Source of the DNA: Camelus dromedarius
Taxonomy: Eukaryota
Length of the DNA: 64,000 bases
Reading direction: 5' to 3'
Assembly (NCBI RefSeq): GCF_036321535.1
Contig: NC_087437.1
Coordinates: 77,688,001-77,752,000, forward strand
Of the stretch, positions 12,235 through 25,819 are shown in pieces (position 1 is the first letter of the stretch; each line of letters begins with the position of its first letter). The notes under the pieces are model-generated. The model ran no database searches, had not been told where the DNA came from, and worked only from the letters and a program-made list of their open reading frames with translations. The position numbers were made by a program, and so were the translations under genes.

Positions 12235-12639
12235 TGTTCCGTGGTTGTTTACATAAAACGAAATACAAGTTATTTAATGTTGCTCAAAACTAGAGAATTC
12301 ACACTAACATTAAGTTAAAATACGCATCTTACATATCAGAATGACCAAAAACTGCTTAAATTTTTCCATTAAAAACAAATGAACTCAGCTGTTGATTACC
12401 TAACCACAGAGACAAAAGTTACTTCAAGTTGAAAAAAAATTTCCAGTGACTACTTCAGTAGTGAATATATTGTTATTTTAAAACTACAATAGGTGTGTTT
12501 ATGATGAAACTAGGTAAATACATTAATGTAGTTAAGGAAGGAGATTTTCAGCCTGAGAAAACAGAAAAGATACATAAAGTAAAACAAGTTAAATGTAAAC
12601 CCACAATCTTAAATTTGAATTAGAAACACTTTTTCTCTT

Positions 12640-12642
<3 letters not shown>

Positions 12643-12696
<54 letters not shown>
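12643..12696. repeat. (AC)27 microsatellite
   Basis: Pure 54-bp AC run. Confidence 0.95.
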
Positions 12697-12698
<2 letters not shown>

Positions 12699-13477
12699 CC
12701 TGACTCCGCCAACAGAAAAGGCCTAGTAGCAGTAAGAACTTGTGTGGTTCGTAAATGTGATTTTGCACTAAAATATTCTAGGACTCTTGATGAAATAACT
12801 AATTATAGCCAGACCTGGGGCAGAAAATGGTACAATAAACCTGAGACACCTTATTTTAACAGGAAATAATGAGTTTATCTGGACCAATGGCTTCATATCA
12901 AAAGAGAACAGAAACCGAATGGAAAGGTCTCTCTCCCATTGGCGTAAAACAGGACCATGTGAGCATCAAAAAGAATAATAAGGACCGTGGATTGAAATAC
13001 ACAAATTATATAAGAATCCATTAGTTCGGTAAGATTCTTAAGAAAAAAAACAGTCCTTAGTCACCATTTGGAGCTCATAAGAACCAATGTCATATCTCTA
13101 AATACTGATGCAGGAAGAACTAGACATCTATCCTTCCTTTCCAGTACAGACTTTAAGTTAGAGTAATCAAGTAATTAATGTGTGAATGTTCTTCATAGAA
13201 GACTCTCTTCCAATACATGCTAAAAGAATAATAATTAGTAAATCATCATTTGCAACCCCTAAATTAACAATGGTATAATTATAATGATATAATTAGAAAA
13301 ATAGGATATAATTAGAAAAGTGATATAAAAGAATGATATCATTAGAAAAATCATCATTTGCAACCCCTAGATTATCAGTGGAATTGGGGAAAGATCATAA
13401 GTGGCTGTTCAGCCATTTGTTAAATGTTAATGGCGGGGCGGGGTCAGGCAGGAGGTGGGGGTGTGGGAGGGTGGTGT

Positions 13478-13563
13478 GGGGTAGGTAATGGCTCAGTGGT
13501 AGAGCACATGTTTAACATGCATGAGGTCCTGGGTTCAATCCCCAATACCTCCATTTAAAAAAA
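13478..13563 (+). mobile_element. tRNA-derived SINE (camelid Vic-type-like) preceded by a G-rich run
   Basis: A box tggctcagtggt (13489), B box gggttcaatcc (13531), A tail; G-rich sequence at 13432-13485. Confidence 0.8.
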
Positions 13564-13635
13564 GTTTTAATAGGGAACTTCATGAGAAACACCTTGAACC
13601 CCAAATCTAATCATCATTAAAAGTGGGCATACCAC

Positions 13636-14332
13636 TTGACAAGTGTTGGTGAGGATGTGGGAAAATTGCTACTCTTGTGCATTCTTGGTGGGAATGCAAA
13701 ACAGTACAACCACTGTGGAAAACAGTATGGCAGGCCCTCAAAAAATTAAAAATAGAATTACCATATGATCCAGCAATCCCACTTCTGGGTATACACCCCA
13801 AAGGACTGAAATCAGGACCTTGAAGAGATATTTGTACACCTGTGTTAATAGCAGCATTGTTCACAATTGCTAAAATGTGGAAGCAACCTGCGTGTCCATT
13901 AAAGGATGAATGGATAAGCAAAATGTCATATATACATACAATGGAGTACTATTCATGCTTTAAAGGAAGAAAATTCTACAAAATGCTACAAGAATGAATC
14001 CTGAGGACATTATGCTAAGAGAAATAATCCAGTGCCAAAAAGACAAATACCATATGATTCCTCTTATATGTCATACTTTGAAGAGTCAAAATCATAAAAA
14101 CACACAGTATAATGGTGCTTGTCAGGGTCTGGGGGAAGGGACAATGGCGAGTTATTGTTTGATAGGTATGAAGTTTTACTTTTTACAAGATGAAAAGAAA
14201 TGAATTGTGGGGATGGGTAGTGGTGATGGTTGCATAACAATGTGAACATATGTAATACCACTGAGCTGTTCACTTAAAAATGGTTTCGGCAGTACATTTT
14301 ATGTTATGTATGTTTACCACAATTTTTTTTTA
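13636..14332 (+). mobile_element. Older LINE-1 3' end (L1MA/MB-like)
   Basis: ggtgggaatgcaaaacagtacaaccactgtggaaaacagtatgg and ccatatgatccagcaatcccacttctgggtata are hallmark L1 ORF2 3' sequences. Confidence 0.9.
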
Positions 14333-14694
14333 AATGGTGAGACTACCAGACATGTGCCTCCTGGTGTGATACAAAGGAAACGATATACCACAACCTGTAA
14401 GGGATATTTGCCTAAATAATTGCACCTGAAATCTACCCAAGCATCCACATTTAACCGCCTGTCTACTGGGCGTATGGGGCGACAGATGAGTTGGGTTGGG
14501 AATGGAAAGCAGGATTTTGAAGTCTAACAGGAGGAAGCAGGGCTGAGAGGAAAGTATTAAAAAGCAGGACCCAAACCCCTGGGAACAAAGGAGGAGGTAT
14601 CAGTTCCCGTGGGAGGTAACAGGCATTGGGCCCTATTCTGCAAGACTTTGGGTGTCTGAGAAGACTGTAGACACAAACAAATAAAGATAACGGT

Positions 14695-14860
14695 AATCAC
14701 CCTTGAATGCTTTCTAGGGACCAGGCACTGGATTTCTTGTCCTCATTTATTTCTCCCAGCAGTCTTTTATGAGAGGCATTACTTTCATTGTTTTACAGAT
14801 GAAGAAGCGGGGACTTAGGAAATGTTAAGTAACTTCCCAATGATGCCCAACACTTAACAG
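14695..14860 (-). mobile_element. MIR SINE
   Basis: cattgttttacagatgaagaagcgggg...gttaagtaacttcccaa. Confidence 0.7.
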
Positions 14861-15004
14861 TTACAAACAAAGGAGGTTTCAAAGGTTCAGTGCCATTGCT
14901 TTCTGGACTGTAGAACAGCAAATTCACGGAACAAAGTATGCTTGTACTTCCCTAGCTAAAGCAAATCACTCTGTGGTTTGTCCTTGACTTACTTCTGCAT
15001 CGTA

Positions 15005-15728
15005 TACTACATTTCATTGACTCAAAATGCCACCAAATGCAAGACTCACAATTATTTTTCCTATACCGAGAAAGAAAAATGCTGTCAATTAAAGTATTGT
15101 AAGCATTTAGAATTTAGAATTAAAGCACAGTATTTTATCATTTAGAACTTTGCTACCTATTGAAAGAATTCCTATGGTGTTATTTAGACATTTATTTGGA
15201 ATCATCTATCACTGTTACCATACATAAAATCAACAATATCAGCAAACTGTGTTGGCTAAGAATTCCTAAAAGTTCTTGCCATTCAGGGTATGAATTTTCC
15301 ATATTGCTTTCCGATTCAGTCAGCAAGGTCTGTGTTCTTCCACATGTCTTCCTTTGAGCCATCAAGAGCTAAAACAAAATTAAAGTTTACTGGCCTTGGG
15401 CTCTTACATCAGTTTTGCAATGATTGAGATGGTCTACCTTTGAGTTCCGCTTGGAACTTAACTGTTCTTTTTCATATCCTTCCCACCTCCTCCTGCAATT
15501 GTTTGCATCCTACGGGTTAAAAGTGTTTCTGATTTTCCTCCAACATACTGATACTTAATTTTGCAAGCTTTGATGCTGGAAATGGTCATATTTTCTTATA
15601 AAATGACAACTATGTCATGATTGCTGCAGGCAAAATAAGACGTCAACAGGCGCAACTTGTACCTTGATTGCAGAGCTGTTGACATGTGAGAAGGAAAAAT
15701 GCAGGCTTTAAGATTGCTAAATATTGTA
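15005..15728. mobile_element. Possible Tigger-like DNA transposon relic
   Basis: Start tactacatttcattgactcaaaatgc resembles Tigger-type termini; far end only weakly complementary. Confidence 0.3.
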
Positions 15729-18700
15729 GTTTAAAAAAATAGATTTGCTTAAACATTGTGCAGAGACAGAATTAGAGTAGCTAGCTAGTAGACTGCCTGG
15801 GTTTAAGTCTCTTCAGTTACTTCCCGTGGGTTAGGTCTCTCTCCCTCTCTGCCTACCTCCTCCCTGACTTCCCTGCCTTCCTTCCTGCATCTGTTTATTG
15901 CGTGTCTATCACGAACTAGACATTAGCAGAGGTGCTTGGAAGTCACTAGAAGATCAATGAAGGATCATATCCTTATGCAGCCTGATTTTAATCTTAAAGA
16001 AGAGAAGCATTTGATAATTGTAGAGAGAAAGAAAGACACTTTAGATGAGTGGACTATCACAAGTAAGTGGACAAAGTTAAAATAAAAAAAAATTTTCCTT
16101 TCTATCAACTGAGACCCTTCAGAAATTATTTTTCTGATATTCAAATTCTTTATTTGCATAACACATGAAAAAATTATGTGTGTCTGGTGTGTGTGTGCCT
16201 GGGATATCTCCTACAGAATGTCACGTATTCTTCAAGATGAACAAGAAAAATTTCTGCCTAAAATGATAATCAGTGAAATGCAAAACAGGCAACAGCATGG
16301 AAAATGAAACATAAGTGAGGTTTGTAAACTTATCTTGGTTGTATTTCTCTACGGTGCTGTTTGCAGCCCAGGTGACCCTCTCTTTAGCACATGAGTTCTT
16401 GGTTAACTAAGTTGCCTTTGGAGTTACTTTGCTGTTATTCATGTGTGTTATGGATTTTATTTTTCCTCCCTTAAATTCACAGAAAATATATACCATCATC
16501 CCAAAATGTACACAGTCATTTTGAATTTGAAATATTTCCTTGGACTCTTCATATGGGGACACATCTGTTATTCTGTGTAGCAAACGTTTTTCTTTTGCTT
16601 GAGATCACAGGCTGAAGAGCGTATCACTTTCAGCAATTTAAATTTGAGTGAGTCAGTGTGTTAACTTTGATTTGCCTCTGTTCCTTCACAGCCACATACA
16701 GTAGTTTGCGTTAATCAAATTAATAATAAAGGGATTAAAACTGCTAGCTTCTAAGGGAGGGACATGTCAGTAGCTTTAAATGTTGCTCTCAGAATGATTG
16801 TCCTTGCATATTAATTATTAGCTGCCTGAGATGCAGAGGAAGTTCAGGGAAGTGATACTCTATCCAAGTGTTATCTTAATTTGGGAAAAGATCCTTTAAA
16901 GGGTGAATTGCATTGCAATGGGCTTTCTAATCAGACCGTGCATTAATTTAGATCAATGACCTCCAATCCTTTAAATCTGCTATTGCTGGCAGTAATTGTG
17001 AGGCTTCTGTAAGGCTGTTTACAAAGTTGCCTATCAGGATACAAGAGAAGATGGATTCGTTTACAAAGTTGAATTTGTAATTGTGTGCAGTAGAAAGCTC
17101 ATCTCGTTACTTGCAGTGGCGATTCAGTCATTCGTGGCATCCTCTGGGGTGTGTGTGAGACTTTCAAAAGAGGAAAGAACATGGAAGAACAGTGAGAAAG
17201 AAATTACCACTCATGTAGTCCTTATCTCATCAATCACCTAATTTCTTTCAGCAGCCTAACTGCTGCCACGTGTGGACTCCACCGTGCAGGAGATCATTTT
17301 TCTCATGTTAAGCCAAGTATACAAGTAATAACAGGGCAAAATTTGCAATTGTTTTGGTTGCTGTATTGTCCATTCAATGACTTTCAGTCCAAAGAATCAG
17401 ACATCCAAGCAGAAAAGAGACTTCTTTCTGAGTTCCCTTTCCTGGGATGGAAATTTGGGCAGGACCCACGACTTTTTGGTTCACTGAGAGATAAGAGACA
17501 GTTCTATAGTTATTTGAAATCACAAAACAGTCTCAATTGAGCAAGGAAGAGTGTCCAGTCCAAGGTATTAATCAGGCTTCATCGTGGAGTGAGGCTTTCA
17601 TTTTTCACTTTGCTCTCACTAAAGGGCGAGCTCAGACGTGCAGCGCGACGGCTGTCTCCCAACTCCCACCACAGCCCTGCTTTGCAGCTGTAGCTTTGAC
17701 TCTCTGGACTTGAAGGAGCGTGGGGAAGGAGGAGGGAAAAGTCTAGGGAGGTAGGAAGTTTATTTAGTGATGGCTTCAAGGTCTCTGGCTTCAGAGGATA
17801 TTTAAAGCCGTCTCTTTTAATTATTTAATTCTTTTTTCCTGCAAGGTAGTCTACTGCAACTAGGTCGCTGTTGCTATAGCCTAAGATACAAAGGAAACAA
17901 AGAATCAGAAGAAGGGACCTCACCCCAAACTTCACTCCATCAATCGTGGGTATGGATAAGGGCAAAGGAAGATGAATGTACATCCATCAAGTGCCTCCAA
18001 TACAGCAGGTACTGCGATCCTTTTGCTTAGGTCAGACCTTAACTTTGCCATCTAGCGTGATGACAGCGGCACAGACCTGGCTTCAGCTGGAATGAGAACC
18101 GCTGCGTAAGTGTGGAGAACCATTTCGGGGAACAACCACAACCAGCTGGGCCAGCGTTTGCCCAAGGGCTGATCTATTAGACAGATACCACCAGGAAGTC
18201 AGCAGTTCGCAGAGACTTCTCTTTACCAGTGTGGGAAAAGATCTGCTTGTAGTTTCCATGTATAGAAAACATACTTATTTCTTTGCTTACTGCCTGCTTC
18301 TTTGTAACCTACACTCCTTCAAACTTGTTTCCCTGCCCTGTAGTAATCTCCAATTTGCACTCAATGGTGCACACAGTCATTTTCTCTTTAACATATGCAT
18401 TTTATTCTTAAAGGACAGCAGGCTCTGATGCAATTAGTATTATTCCCATTTTACAGATGAAGTAACTGAGTTTCATGTTATGCTCCAGGCCTCACTGCTA
18501 GCAAATCACAGACCCCCATTCATTAGGATGTCCATTCAAAGTCTGCTTGTTTTTAAGGACTGTAATTTTCCCACTAAACCAGTAAGTACATCTGTCCCTC
18601 AGGACTGCCCTGTGCCATCTGGGGGCACAGGAAACAGAGCATCATCTCTCCCAATCATTTGTCATTTAAATACAGCTACCCACAGTTCCCTCTCCACCAC

Positions 18701-19466
18701 TGAAACTTCCTGCTGAGCAGCTTTATAAATCTTCAGAACTTGGGCCTGAAACGTGAAAACACAAGGAAAAGCTTAATGAAAGCAGTGAGAAAACTTTTCT
18801 AATATCTTTTAGGATGTTACCTGTGATCTTTTAGATTCATGTTCCGATTTGGCACCTGGGTACCTTAGTGCTTGCTGATTTGTATGATTGTCCTAATGAC
18901 CAGTGACATGAATTACTGAAATCCTAATTAGGCCTTTTGAGCTCAGAGTATTTTTTAAGAGGCTCTGACATTTGGTAAGAAATGTGGTGTCAGCAGAATA
19001 TCTGGCCTGAATATAATTTCTAATTTGGGGGAAGTATTGGCATGTAATTATGTGAGCATATAGAGAAAGCAATTATATGCACCTGTCCTGAACACTGGAC
19101 TTTTGGGACAATGAAAGGGGACAAATGTGGGCTAGAGCCAGACGGAACACGTAATGCGCCCAGTCTGCCAAGAGACTTGTATATGATTTATACACTTAAG
19201 ATCTCTAAAAACCTACCTGGCATTCCAACAAATAACTCTTATGTGTTGATGCTGAAGTGTATTTAATTACCATAGAGTGGGGTTTGGAAGTCCTGGGTGG
19301 TGAATGTTGGTCCCAGAAAGGTCAGAGAAGGGGGTAGCATTTCAGAAGCCTAGAAGTCTACTAATTGGGGTTTTAATAGAATGTCTGAGATTTTTTTAGG
19401 AAGGAATCTTCTCGATATGATCCTGACCCAATAAGCTAACTAGGAACTCAGTGGCCTCTGAAGAGG

Positions 19467-19990
19467 TGTACCAGTTAGTTACTGTCACATAATAACAATC
19501 TCAAAACTCAGCGGCTTAAAACAACCCTCGTTTGTTACAGTAACCCTTGTGTCTGTGGGTCATCTGATTGACAGCTGATGTAGACCGGGCTCAGGTGATC
19601 TTGGCTGGGCTTGCTTGTGTGGCCAAGGGTTGGCTGGGAGCTCTGCTCTAGCCTGGGCTTGTCTGAGGCACCTTACCTGGTGCAGATCTGCTCCATGTGT
19701 CCTCAACCTCCTGTTGGCATTACCAGGCTTGCCTTGGATTATCCTTCTCATGGTGATAACAGAAGTACCAGAGGGCAAGAAGAAACATGGTAGGCCACTT
19801 GAGGTCTGGACTCAGAACTAGAAGATGGTCACTTCCACACAATTTTACCAGCCAAAGCAAATCATATGGCTGAGCCTTGTGTCCAGGGGTGGGAAAATAC
19901 ACCCTGACACTTTTCTGGGAAGAACTACAAAGCCACATACAAAGGGTATGAAGACAGGTAAGGGTAACGAATCAGGATAACGAATGCAAC
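19467..19990. mobile_element. MaLR LTR relic (MLT1-like)
   Basis: aaaactcagcggcttaaaacaa, gccaaagcaaatcatatggctgagcc, ggggtgggaaaatacacc. Confidence 0.7.
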
Positions 19991-22417
19991 AAATGGACCA
20001 GAAAAGAACCGGGAACAGGATGCTTTTTGCAAAAGTGTTTAATTTTAGGAAGCATCTTCTGAAACACATAAAGAGGGGAGTGGAAGGGAAGGACTTACCC
20101 TACAGTATAGCTGCAGTAGCTTCTTCTAAGGAGAAAAATACAAGCTATGAACAAAATCAAAGGCTGTACAAACTACTGTGACATGCTTCATCACACAAAG
20201 TCATCTTTTAGCAAAAGCTCAGTTAACTGCAATTGTAAACACATGTGCGTTAAATCTGGAAACTTGAGCTGATTTGGAGAACCAAATCAAAACTGAATAG
20301 CTCCCTGCGCGCATCCAAGTTTCCACGACTCTGCTGCTCTGTTCTGCTCTTTCATTTCTATATTGGCATGTATATTATTTTGGTAGCGCCCATTTAACTT
20401 TGCTCCCAACCACATTGGATCCTCATTGGATCAAAAGCCAGAAAAATCATTTTAAATGAGAAATTGAGAAGTGGATTTCCACCCCCCAGCCTCTACACAT
20501 ATATGTACTCTAATTCCACTAGTAAGAGTGGGAATGATGGAGTTGAACCAATGAGGACTGCCTCACTGCCAGTTTGTCTTTGGTACAGCACCAAGACTCA
20601 CTGGACGGTGATGCTGAGGGGATCAATGTAAATTTCACTCCACTGATGTTGCCGAAACACCATAAAAGCCACAGCATCAGTATTTATAAATCTGCACAAC
20701 TCTGTGAATTGAACACTAATTCCATAAATTGCTGTTGTCATCAGCACAGCAGAAAACGTGATGAGTTCTGTGCCGATAACTGTAAAGTACATATTTGATA
20801 TTCTAATGACTTTCCTATTACATTTAAGAAAAATTAAACTCAAAGGATGACAGAGTAACAAAATCACTATAGGCAACTTTTAAACTGGATTTCTCTGAAA
20901 ACAGATTATCAGATAGGAGTATGGAGGGAAGTCTAGCTGTTGTTTTTGTGGTGTTGCCAGTGTGACAAAACCCACCCATCATTTTTCAAATAGCTTAATA
21001 TGCAGACTATTATTTGTGAAGAATAAAACTCTAAATTAAGAAAAGTCACAGAAAATTTCTCCTGTAAATGAACCTAAAAATGTTTTAAAAAATCATCTTT
21101 CCTCTTGGAATCAGAATTAACAATAGGTAATGTGTATTTGTCTCTCAATACAAATACTATTTTAAAGCTTTTGGTGGACAATTCTAATCAAGATAAGAAA
21201 AAGGAACTTAGTTGTTATTACCAACAATAGAGAAGCCCCAAATTCTGGGTGAAATGGGTTTTTAGTAACAGTTTAGCAGCCAAGAAATGACTCTAATGCT
21301 TAGACTTTAACCTTTTCTTAACAGAACCATCCCATTTCCTTAATCAGCCATTGCAGGGAGAGCCCTGTGAATCAGTTGTCAAGCATCTCATTTCACTAAC
21401 AATTTGGTTTTCTTACTGATGAGAATTCAAAGAATTATACAGGTTGCCCAAATTTCCATTCATGTGGAAGTGAACGTTTCAGATGGCACGTGAACCAAGT
21501 CATCAAGTTAAACTTCTAACTGAAGCTCAATTCATCCTGGCCTAGCTGGGAACATATAACCAGAAAGAAAGCATGTATAGAAAGATTCGAGATTACATTT
21601 TGATTATTTATTTCATAAATAGTTTAAATTGAGCTCCTGTCAGCTTTTGAGGGCATGTTTTATCAAAAGTTAATCCTTCTGGAAACCAGTCTCTGCTCTC
21701 AATAATTTTCTCAATTTAATAATTTTTTGAGCCTCTATGATGTTGAGGCCCTCGTTTATTTCTTGGTAGCGTAGAGTTTATGCAATTAGGCTTATTCATA
21801 CACATTTCTTTGCAACTATTGAGTCTAGTATGTGCTATTGTGCCTCTTTGTTACACATATGAATGCCTCCCATCAAAATATCATGAATATTTTTATGCCA
21901 GAGCTGCTTCTTATTTGACAAATATTTTGGAGCTCTTCAAACACTTCCTTTTCTGATCAGCAAATCCTATGTCCTCCCTTCCAGGAATATGGGGGCAAAA
22001 TAGCCCACAGTATGTGTGTCTGAGTGCGTGCACACACATGTGCACATGTACAGACGCCCATGTATGTAACTAAATACCTTTTCTTTCATTCAGCTGCTTG
22101 ACCATCACAGGGTAAAACCTTTTCCTGAGATGGGTAATAAAAAGGGACAAGACCAATAACTTGAGAATGAAATCTGCCTTTGGAGCCTTATGCTTGTGTG
22201 TTCATTTTCCAGTGAACACTTGTGCGTTTGAGAAGCATTTATAAGGGGAAATGAGAGAGGGAGAGATTTGGGGAAGAACAAGAAATTGGATTGAAATGAG
22301 GGTGATGAATAGGTGAAGAGTGAAAAAAATGAACTCCAGTTTTCTAACTTCATGTTTCCCAAACAGTGTGTTTAAAAAATTTTTTTATTCCTAAGCTTAG
22401 ATAAGAAATATACATTC

Positions 22418-24525
22418 TTCACAGCAATCAGAGGAGAAAAGGAAATAAAAGGACTCCAAATTGGAAAGGAGGAAGTAAAACTGTCATTGTTTACAGGTGA
22501 CATGATGCTATACATAGACTATCCTAAGGCACCACTGGAAAAGTACAGATCTCATCAATGAATTCAGTTAAGTTGCAGGGTACAAAATTAATACACAGAA
22601 ATCGGTTCTGTACACTAACTACAAAATATCAGAAAGAGAACTTAAGGAAACAATCCCATTTACTGTCGCATCACAAAGAAGAAAATACCTAGGAATAAAT
22701 CTACCCAAGGAGGCAAAAGACTTGCACTCTGAAAACTAGAAGACACTGATGAAAGAGATTGAAGACCACACAAAGAGATGGAAAGATATACCATGTTCTT
22801 GGATTGGAAGAATCAATATTGTTAAAATGGCCATACTACCCAAGGCCATATTCAGATTCAGTGCAATTCCTATCAAAATACCAATGGTATTTTTTACAGA
22901 ACTGGAACAAAAATTTTTTTTAATTTGTATGGTAACACAAAAGATCCTGGATAGGCAAAACAATCTTGAGAAAGAAGAACGGAGCTGGGGGAACATGCTC
23001 CCTGACTTCAGACTATACTACATATCTAAAGTAATCAAAACAATGTGGTACTGGCACAAAAACAGACATGTAGATCAATGGAACAGGATAGAAAGCCCAG
23101 AAATAAACCCATGCACTCATGGTCAGTCAATCTACGATAAAGGAGGCAAGAATATACAATGGAGAAAAGACAGCAGTGGTGCTGGGAAAACTGGACAGCT
23201 ACATGTGAAAGAATGAAATTAAACACTCTCTGACACAATCTACAAAATAAACTCAAAATGGGTTAAAGACCTAACTGTGAGATCAGATACTGTAAAGCTC
23301 CTTGAGGTAAACACAGGCAGGATACTCTGTGACATAAATTGCAGGAATATTTATTTGGATCCATCTCCTAGAGTAATGGAAACAAAAGCAAAAATAAACA
23401 AGTGGGACCTAATTAAACTTAAAACCTTCTGCACAGAAAAGGAAACCATAAGCAAAATGAAAAGACGACCTACAGAATGGAAGAAGATATTTGCAAATAA
23501 TGCAACCAACAAGGAATTAATTTCCAAAACATATAAAGATCTCATACACCTCAATATCAAAAATACAAATGCCTCAATCAAAAAAATGGGCAGAAGACAT
23601 AAATAAACATTTCTCCAAAAAAGACATACAGATGACCAACAGGCACATGAAAAGATGCTCAATGTTGCTAATTATCAGAGAAATGCAAATCAAAACTATA
23701 ATGAGGTAGCACCTCACACTGGTCAGGATGGCCATCATCAAAAAGTCTACAACTAATAAATGCTGGAGAAGGTGTGGAAAAAAGGGAACTCTCTTGCACT
23801 GTTGGTGGGAATGTGAATTGGTCCAGCCACTACGGAGAACAGTATGGAGGTTTCTTAAAATACAAAAAATAAAATTGCCATATGATCCAGCAATTCCACC
23901 TCTGGGCATATATCTGGAAAAGACAAAAAAAGATATATGCGTCCCAGTGTTCATAGCAGCACTATTTACAACAGCCAAGACATGGAAGCAACATAAATGT
24001 CCATCAACAGATGGCTGGATAAAGAAGGTGTGGTCTGTGTATACATATATGTATACACATACATACAATGGACTACTACTCAGCCACAAAAAAGAGTGAA
24101 ATAATGCCATTTGCAGCAACATGGATGGGCCTAGAGAATATCATATTAAATGAAGTAAGTCAGATAAAGATAAATATCATATGATGTCATTTATATGTGG
24201 AATCTAAAAGAATGATATAAATGAACTTATTTAAAAAACAGTACATAGAAAACAAACTTATGGTTACCAAAGGGGAAGGGGGGATAAATTAGGAATTTGG
24301 GATTAACATATATACACTACTGTATATAAAATAAACAACAGGGACCTACTGTACAGCACAGGGAACTATATTCGATATCTTGTAGTAACCTATAATGGAA
24401 AAGAATCTGAACAATAATACATATTTACATATGTGTGTGTGTATACATATATAACTGAATTGCTTTGTTATACACCTGAGACATTGTAAATCAACTATAC
24501 TTCAATTACAAATAAATAAAAAAAT
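22418..24525 (+). mobile_element. 5'-truncated LINE-1 (ORF2 C-terminal part, 3'UTR, A-rich tail)
   Basis: ORF fragments [79 protein letters not shown] are L1 ORF2; disrupted by frameshifts; tail aataaataaaaaaa. Confidence 0.95.
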
Positions 24526-24834
24526 ACATACATTATATAGTTAACCGAAGTATTTCTATTGTTAAAGTATGACACTCGTAAAGCCAAATCTGCTGCGCTA
24601 CTTTTTTCAAATAGTAGAGTTAGTTCCATTTGATTCCTTAGACACATAATAAAAAACTAACATTTATATAATAATTTATTGTTTTCAAAGCAGCTTTCAC
24701 ATACTTATCATATTACTTTAAATATGAACGGCATTAGTTACTGAGGAGAACAAGTTGATCACTCAATGCAGATCGGTCTTTTTGGTAACCTCCCCAAACG
24801 CACGTGTGTATGCTCACAACATGGATGATTAACA

Positions 24835-25050
24835 ATACAGTGAATGGAACTTGGACTTGGGCCTCTTGAGCTTGGATCCTGCCTCAACCACCTCTGGGTT
24901 CTGTGATGGTAGACAGAATTGTTTACATTGTCGTCATCTGTAAGATGGGGACAGCATCTCCTGAAGCAGGATATTGAGTGGATTCAAATGAAGTAATGTG
25001 AATAAAACATCAATATAATCCATGTCTCATAATAGGCCATTAGTAAATGA
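24835..25050 (+). mobile_element. MIR SINE (another MIR at about 25350-25570)
   Basis: tcgtcatctgtaagatgggg...gattcaaatgaagtaatgtg. Confidence 0.6.
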
Positions 25051-25819
25051 TAGCAATACGTGTGTTTAAAGTGTGATGTGACATATATATGTATTTATAT
25101 GTACACATATGTATGTCACATAACGTTTTAAAATACACAAGTGTTTTAAATACATACATAATTATATACAAAAATGTCTAGTAATCAAAATGCAGTTAAA
25201 ATTATATAATATTTTCCTATTATGTGATTTAAACATCTTGGAATAATCCTTCATAGATGGTGTAGCCAGTTCATACGTCCATTAATATTTCCCAACTTTA
25301 CATATTACGAAGAGGAGGATTTCTTTATTAAAGAAATGTGGGAACTACAGTAGACTGGGGTGAGCATGGCCTTTAGAATCAGATCTGGTTTCACATCCAA
25401 CTTATCTACTTACAAGCTTAATGCACTTGGGCGTTAAGGAATCTCCCTAAACCTCAGTTTTCAGCTGTTCAATGAGGAATATTTAATACTCTTTATAACT
25501 ACTAAGGATCAAATAAGATAATGTATGATGACCCTAGGACACAGAATGGGCTCTAAATATTAATTACTTTCACTAAAGCACATGGCTGGCTTTCCCTTAT
25601 TTTGAAGGGGAAGGATTTCTAGGTGATTCCAGGTGGTGCCATGAGTGGTGTGTTAATGGTGGAAGCGAAGAAACATCAGGGTGTCCTCCTAATAAGCCCC
25701 GAGGACAGCCGCACGGGACACCCACAGTCAGCAGGGCGCTGTTGCTGCAGGCGGAGACACACACGCTACGGAAATCATCACTGGTGAAATCAAGGACTAG
25801 CTGAAGTGGGCCCGCCTGA

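Noticed and set aside
13478..13563. tRNA gene
   Set aside because: Has A and B boxes but no proper acceptor-stem pairing, and carries an A tail; it is a tRNA-derived SINE.
22736..24122. Protein-coding ORFs of 86-182 aa on both strands
   Set aside because: Broken L1 ORF2 pieces and their antisense frames.
1..25800. Exons of the neighbouring gene CBLB
   Set aside because: No CBLB-like peptide recognised; by synteny it would lie outside the window.
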